From Alloascoidea hylecoeti (lineage: Eukaryota), in contig BCKZ01000007.1 of NCBI GenBank assembly GCA_001600815.1, positions 744,001 through 783,532 on the forward strand: 39,532 nt of DNA. Direction: 5' to 3'. Positions 32,523 to 39,532 of this stretch are shown here, piece after piece; position 1 is the first letter of the stretch, and each line of letters opens with the position of its first letter. The translations under genes and the position numbers were made by a program. Under the pieces are notes generated by a model. It ran no database searches and was not told the DNA's origin. It worked only from the letters and a program-made list of their open reading frames with translations.

Positions 32523-33844
32523 ATGGTTAACTTTCAAACGTTGTTTACTCTTGGAGCTGGGCTTCTCTCTTTAGCCAATGCCTTTCCAATGTATGTAATT
32601 TTGTCCCCTACAATTACTAATATTATTACCACAAAAACTAACAAAGATAAAATCATTATTATAGTAAGCTTCAAAGGCGTCAAGATTATGAAGAATATTA
32701 TTCAAGTGAAATTACTCGTGGTGTAAATCTTGGTGGGTGGTTTGTGTTAGAACCATTCATCACACCTTCTCTTTTTGAAGTGTTTGATGATGTTCCAGTT
32801 GATGAATATCATTACACTAAATCATTAGGAAAAGACGAAGCTCTTAGTAGATTATCAAATCATTGGTCAACTTTCATTACAGAAGATGATTTTTCCACAA
32901 TCGCTGGTTATGGTTTCAATTTGGTTAGAATTCCAATTGGTTATTGGGCTTTTCAATTACTAGATGATGATCCTTATGTACAAGGACAGGTAGAATACCT
33001 TGATAAAGCCATTGGTTGGGCTAGAGATGCTGGATTGAAGGTCTGGATCGATCTTCATGGTCATCCTGGTTCTCAAAATGGATTTGATAATTCAGGTCTC
33101 AGAGACACATACGAATGGACTGGTGATAATGTTACTTTATCTCTAAAGGTAATTGCGGAAATAGCTGAGAAATATGGTCAATCTGATTATGATGATGTTG
33201 TCGCTGGTATTGAACTTGTTAATGAACCACTTTATAGTGTATATCCTCTTGATGACATCAAAAGTGTTTATACCCAAGGTTATGACATTGTTAGAAACGT
33301 TTCAAGAACTACACCAGTTGTTATTCATGACGCCTTTCAAGACCTGCACTACTGGGACGGATTTCTTTCAATTCCAGATAGCTGGAATGTTGTTTTAGAT
33401 CATCATCATTATCAAGTTTTCTCCGTTGGTGAACTGCAAAGATCTATTGATGACCATGTTTCAACTGCTTGCTCACTAGGTAGTTCTTCCGATGAATCTT
33501 TATGGGCCATTACCGGTGAATGGAGTGCTGCACTTACAGATTGTACCAAATGGCTTAATGGAGCTGGACGTGGTGCCAGATACGATGCAACCTACGATAA
33601 TTCTGATTATATCGGTAGCTGTGATAACATCAACGATATTTCTAGCTGGGACGATACTAAGAAGGCTGACACTAGAAAGTATATTGAAGCTCAATTAGAT
33701 GCTTATGAACAACAAAGAGGGTGGATTTTCTGGAATTTTAGGACAGAAAATGCCCTTGAATGGTCTGCAGAGAGTTTAATTGCCAATAATTTATTCCCCC
33801 AACCTCTCACAGACAGAACCTACTCTAACCAATGTGGTTTTTAG
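32523..33844 (+). CDS. EXG1: Exo-beta-1,3-glucanase, GH5; exons 32523-32590 and 32665-33844 (415 aa)
   Basis: Exon 1 encodes the signal peptide. Intron 32591-32664 (GTATGT..AACTAAC..TAG) joins in frame to KLQRRQD (dibasic processing site), [29 protein letters not shown], and catalytic NEP and GEWS motifs. Confidence 0.95.
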
Positions 33845-34322
33845 TAGACAGAAACATGCACAATTGCAACACTAAATCTCTAAAAACAGCATCGCTAAGA
33901 ATATACAACATTAACTTTAGATTTGGATTGTTTACGAAGTTAGCTTAATTCTAACTTTAGTTAATCAACTTTTGATTTCTTCTCCATCATTTTTCTTCTC
34001 CTATTGATTTGATTCAATAATTTAATATTTTATAAGGTGTCATACATTTTTCTTGGCTTTATTAGTATTGTGATATTTTCATACTTCATATATTCATATA
34101 TTCATATTTTATATACATTCAAGTAGTAATATATTCCATATGGCTCTATCTATCAATACATGTTGGAATTGGGTTCCTAGATTAAGCTTATATGCTCACG
34201 CACGTGATGTTAAACCCATGCACCCACCTCCCCAGCGTGGTTTAGCAGGCCTTTTAGATTTTACGCGTGTGCAGCTTCCTTACTCGGCCAAACATCTCTA
34301 CTTTAGTTTCGTCCTTCCTCCG

Positions 34323-36828
34323 ATGCTGGATTTCGCCAACGACATGTTTGGGCATCCGGAGTATTCGCAGCCCCAACTAGCGATCCCGCAGACCATCCAG
34401 GAACATAACCAGGTTCAGCCGAGGCAATCCCGGCCTCCCACAAAAAATGCGAGTCCTGAATCTCCAAAGCGTACCTACAAAGTGAACGAGGTTACTGCCA
34501 AAACCTTCACCAAACAGAATATATTTATTGATAACACCCCCGTTTCCCTCTCATCTGGCCAGAAAAAGTCCTATCTTCAATGGAGCAGCACAAAAAATGA
34601 TAAATCGAAGAAGTCAAAGTCAAAGTCAAAATCAGGTTTACCCCCTGCTATTGAGTGTTTCACGGGCACCATCGTCCCGCGCGAGAAGTCCTTCTCCTTC
34701 ATCATAGAAAATATAGGTCAACAAAGTTCAGCAGGTTCCAGCCAGAAAAAACTGAATAAGCGCAAGTCCGTGGAGGCGAATCTGGGCCACATTAAATCTC
34801 AGGCAGGTCCATTACGAAAAAAAGCATCCCTTGAAGGAATGAGTAAATCTCCAAACAACAAACTTCGCCATGCTACATCTCGGGGAAGACTTAATGCTCA
34901 GATGTTGGCCAACGGCTCCTCAGGTCCTCCTCCGCCAACTCCCCCTTTACCTGATGCATCTGCAGATTTTAGTATTCACCAACTGAGAAGATCATCGGCC
35001 TCATTAGCGTCTTCAACCGGCATACAGAATTTAAATGGCAAGGCGAAACCCATTGATTTGAAAGATCTCGACTCATGTCAACCTATAACTACTGTATTCT
35101 CTATTGATGAAAATTCTACAGTTGATTACTCGAATCGAAATTTATTGAAGCCATCAAGATCCCAAACTTTTAATAGCACTCCTAAAAGTAATATGCGAAG
35201 CCCTATTGGAATCCGTCAAACTTCTCCAAATTTAAATTACCCCCAACCTTCCTCTGCCTCAAACTCTCCTAATGTTTCAAGCTCAAACATTGCCAATGTC
35301 TCAAACACCAATGGACACGTGTTAACCAGAGCTGCAAATAACAGCACTTCTACTATTATCCCAGAATCTCAAACATCTCAATTTTCTTCTGATTCGACTT
35401 CACAATCTTTTAGATATACGGTTAATAATACTACTTTTGATCCTCAGAGTGCGGGTTTTAACCCGCCCATGACTGCAAGAAGAGCAAGATCCTTCAATTC
35501 ATTTGGAATCCAAAGGACGAATTTCCCTAATGCAAGTATAAATAGCATTGGAAATATCGCCCCTATAGATAATGAATCAATTATTTTTAATGATATGGCA
35601 TTTCATAGTCATGATAATTCAGCAACCTCCTCTTTTTCTCCATCTCCAACTTCATCCTCAAAACCTACTTTTAATGTAGGCTCATCTCAACCAATGACAC
35701 CTCATAGAGCCCCCATATTATCGCATAAGAGATCATTTCAGTTCCCGCGTTCAAGGTACGTGAAAAGTTATGGCTTAACCCCAGCGCAATACGCAGCAAC
35801 AAGGTCTTCATATGCAACTGACAATGGTGTCACGTTTGATGGAAGACGAAACATTAATTCCATAAGACGAATGAGCAGTATAGGAAGTGCATCCATGACA
35901 AATTTTGGACGAACTGCACAGGAACACATACAAAATCAACAAAATGCCTGTGAAACCCAGACTGAATTTCAAATGCAAATTCAGCCACAACCACAACAGC
36001 AACAATATCAGCAATATCAATTACAGTCTCAATCTCAACATCAGCAACAGCAACAGCAACAACAAGATTTAATCCCAAGATTGGACTCGGAATCGTTGGA
36101 AATGCCTGTGGCAGAATCTCAGTATTCAGAACAGATTGTCGTTCAAACACAACCTCAAGTTCAATATGATTCTACATCACAATTTGAAGTTGAAAATGAA
36201 TCTCAAACCCATCATCCAAATTATCAAATTCAAACCGAATCTCAATTTCGATATGATTCTACACCTCAATTGCAGACTCAAAATGAACCTGGGTCCCATT
36301 CTCAATCTCAACAATCTTATCCAATTCAATCACAAACAGACACCGATTTTCAACCTCCTACATCACAAGATCAATATCAACAAGCTGATTATCAATTAAA
36401 TAATTCACAAACTCCTCTTATTGTACCCGAACCACAATTTAATTTAGATTCTCAAGGGCAATCAGTAGAACAATTCGATTCACCTTATCAAGATGCTTAT
36501 CAGTTCCCACAACAGGAATCGTTACCTCAGAATGAATTTGGATTTTTTGAACTTGATAATTCCGATCCACAATTTTTAACTCAAGATCAAGATCAAACTC
36601 AAACTCAAATTCAATATCAAACCCCATATCAGTTAAATGGGCAACTTCAAGTTCAGGATCAATTTTCTTTAAATCAATTACAATTACAATCTCAAGAAAC
36701 TACTGAGACTTCTTATGGAGATAACTTTCAACTACAACCACCACAAGATGATCAGGATCAATTTCAAATTCAACTTCATGAACAAGAAATTCAATTGCAA
36801 CAATTACAGTTACAACATCATAATAATC

Positions 36829-36872
<44 letters not shown>

Positions 36873-36932
36873 CGACAGCAACAAGATGATCAACGATGGA
36901 ACTTTTTGGTTAATCAACAGAATTATAGGTGA
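34323..36932 (+). CDS. Uncharacterised intrinsically disordered S/N/Q-rich protein (~870 aa; start uncertain, ORF open from 34140)
   Basis: 2.8-kb open frame in AT-rich DNA with a basic N-terminal half, PPPPTPPLP and an acidic Q-rich C-terminus. ATG 34323 is preferred because 34140-34322 contains promoter-like CACGTGAT (34201) and ACGCGT (34263). No domain recognised. Confidence 0.8.
36828..36872 (+). repeat. (CAA)15 poly-Q microsatellite
   Basis: 45-nt perfect CAA run in frame near the C-terminus of the unknown protein. Confidence 0.95.
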
Positions 36933-37874
36933 TTAATATCCGCTTGTAATACACTGGGGGTTTAAAAATAAGTTTGGAGTTGTTTATCATACATGTATCC
37001 TTATTCAATTATCCCTTCACTTTTATTCCTATTTTAATTTATACATGTATTTTTCTCCCTTTTTAAGAAGTAATCATGTTCATCATATATCTTTGGCTTG
37101 AAATTATAGTTGCTTGGTTTTCATTCACATATCTGGTCATTTCATTTTTTATATTTTTATATTTTTTTTTTAAATAAGAAAAACTTCTAGTTTTTTGCGT
37201 ATCATTTTTCTTTTGAAATTCTTTCTTTGCTTTCGCTTTATTTATTGTTGCCAGTACTTGTTATAGAAAGGAAGATTATTACTGAATTCTTTGATGGTTT
37301 GATATTGTATTCTTTTTATCATTTGGCTTTTATATTTTTACCTTATGATAATTATTATTACTTTTATTCTTTTACCCTTGAAATTACTCTTGACAATGAT
37401 TTACACTTAGATCCATCATAGATCATATGAATTTTGTAAACAAGGAAGATGCGAGTCAGTTGTCTATACTATTTTTTTTTTATGAGAACTCACAAATTGA
37501 ACGAGTCAAACTGCATATATACTATAACTTACTATATTCATTAACTAATATCTAGAAATAGCTAGACCAAACTATAATTTTATCCCAATATTCAATTATA
37601 GTTGTGCATATATGACATCAGTGTATTATATTTCTTATCGTAAATTTAAGGAAATTCACACATTTCAATAACTGAAAAGAGTTTGAAAAATCTAAACCGT
37701 GTTTGAATATTTTACCCGGACACAGACACTTTTCAGCTTTTAGATCCTTTTATTTCGGCATCTGAACCTCCTTTTATTTTCCTCATCGCGATAGCAGATC
37801 TAGTTATTCAAATAGAAATTCGGCTCTTTGAATCGTTTCTCTTTTCATAAATAATTCCTACTGCAGTTGAGTAG

Positions 37875-39076
37875 ATGTCCGCCATTATTAAGAGACAACG
37901 TCTTAATGGGCCACCAGATTCTAGCAGTGCAAATGCTTTAATTAACTCGGTATGTTTTGATCTCCCTATTCCAATGGAACTCATTTCATAATGTGCTTGT
38001 TTTCTGTGATTTTAGAACAATTCCTAACTTTTTTCGCTTTGTAGATTTCTAGAACATCAACTTTATCTAGTCCGATAATACAATTATCCGGTCATTCAGA
38101 TGATGTTTTAACCGTTCGATTTAATTCTACAGGAGAACACTTGGCTTCAGGTTCAAAAGATAAAACAATCTTTTTATGGAATACTCCAACCGAGACTGCC
38201 ACAAGATCAGGCTTCCCGCCAAATTACGGAGTTTTACAAGGACACAAGAATGCTGTCACATCGCTAGTTTGGAACCGCGACTCTTCTCATGTGATTAGTG
38301 GATCTGCTGATAAAACAGTAGCTCTATGGGATAGCGAGACCGGTGCACGGATACGGAAACACAATCTTCCAGTTGATAGTGAGGTTTCAAAAAATACAAG
38401 TGCACCAGCTATAGTTAATGTTGTTGATGTTGTTAGGCGAGGAAATGAAATATACGCATCAGGCTCAGATGATGGAATGGTGGTGTTATGGGACCCCAGG
38501 CAGAAACATGCTATTGATTATATATCTAACGAATTCCCAATCTTAGCTGTTTCTTTCACCTCAACTGGTTCAACACTTTTCTCATCTGGCATCAATCCAG
38601 ATATAGATGCCTGGGATTTACGAAATTTCAATAACCCCATCTATTCAATTGAAAGTCATGTTGACTCGGTAACATCCTTACAGGTATGTCCAAATGATGA
38701 TTCATTTCTTGTATCGAACTCATTTGATAATACAGTTAAAACTCATGATATTAAACCATTTGTGGTGAATCAAAAGAGCCCTGAACAGAGAAATCAGAAT
38801 CGAACAATCGCCTCATATTATGGTTCAATAACTGGAGGAATTGAACAAAAGTTAATAAAGTGTAGGTGGAGCAATGGCACTGGTGAAAATTTAAAAATTA
38901 TTAGCGGTTCTAATGATGCTACTACTGTTATTTGGGATTTCTATACACGAAAATTGGCTTATAAATTACCTGGTCATTCAGGTATTGTGAATGATGTTGA
39001 TTGGCATCCTTATGAAGATGTTATTGTTAGTGCAAGTGCTGATAGGACCTTGTTAATTAGTGAGGTTGCAAAATAA
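37875..39076 (+). CDS. SPF38: U5 snRNP 40-kDa WD40 protein (SNRNP40/Spf38-like); exons 37875-37949 and 38045-39076 (368 aa)
   Basis: Intron 37950-38044 (GTATGT..TCCTAAC..TAG) gives MSAIIKRQR../ISRTSTLSSPIIQLSGH. Family-typical NYGVLQGHKNAV, DIKPF, EQKLIKCRWS and YKLPGHSGIVNDVDWHP. Reb1-like TTACCCG at 37712-37718 upstream. Confidence 0.88.
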
Positions 39077-39532
39077 ATTATTTAATAGTTATACTTATAA
39101 CAGCTGAAGAAAAAAGCTAAGAATTTTAGAGAATTATTTGAAAATTAAGAATAATAATATTCTTATAAGAAGAGGTTATTCAGGTTATATGTGCTAGTAT
39201 TACATTAAATTGTTGATTTAAAGCTTCAATGTTCATGATTATCGATTTTTGACCTTCAATAACTGCTTTAAGGTATACATTTATTTATTTAAATAGGAAA
39301 TTGCAATATAATATAAGTTTATCGAGAGAAAGATTAGATGAACATATATGAATACTGACTGTGAACGATAAACAAAGTGATAACTGTAAACCGATTATAG
39401 TGGCTGATCGCCAATCAAAATATTATATACCTATAAATATATATATATATATATAAAGTATATACCTTCACACTTCATAAATCATATACGCTTCCCAATT
39501 GATAGTTACGAGGGAAATAGTATGAAGCTATA

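Overview
AT-rich nuclear DNA from an intron-containing budding yeast. An early-diverging Saccharomycotina lineage is inferred from short 62-95 nt introns with degenerate CTAAY branch points, CTG at conserved Leu positions of H2A.Z, and retention of OPA3, ARD1 and U5-40K genes. Eleven protein genes are supported: NPC2, a GPI-anchored phospholipase B, HRD1 (2 introns, long QN tract spanning an assembly gap), OPA3-like (2 introns), HTZ1/H2A.Z (1 intron), a metacaspase with a ~330-aa repetitive N-terminus, D-arabinitol 2-dehydrogenase, a FUN19-like SWIRM protein, EXG1-like glucanase (1 intron), an unknown S/Q-rich protein and U5-40K/SNRNP40 (1 intron). Several elements are invisible to the ORF track. 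(1) An intron-retaining, inverted H2A.Z pseudogene at 649-997 brackets the NPC2-OPA3 block together with the live HTZ1. (2) A 12-kb gene-free interval holds three Tc1/mariner relics (one with 24-bp TIRs, one with ~230-bp TIRs, one fragment), a probable Ty1/copia RT relic and three copies of a MITE family, which has a fourth copy at 2.3-2.5 kb. (3) A long stem-loop followed by an Sm-like site at 16.74-16.88 kb is an ncRNA candidate. (4) A stray copy of the metacaspase coding repeat lies in intergenic DNA. All alignments were done by eye; no database searches were run.
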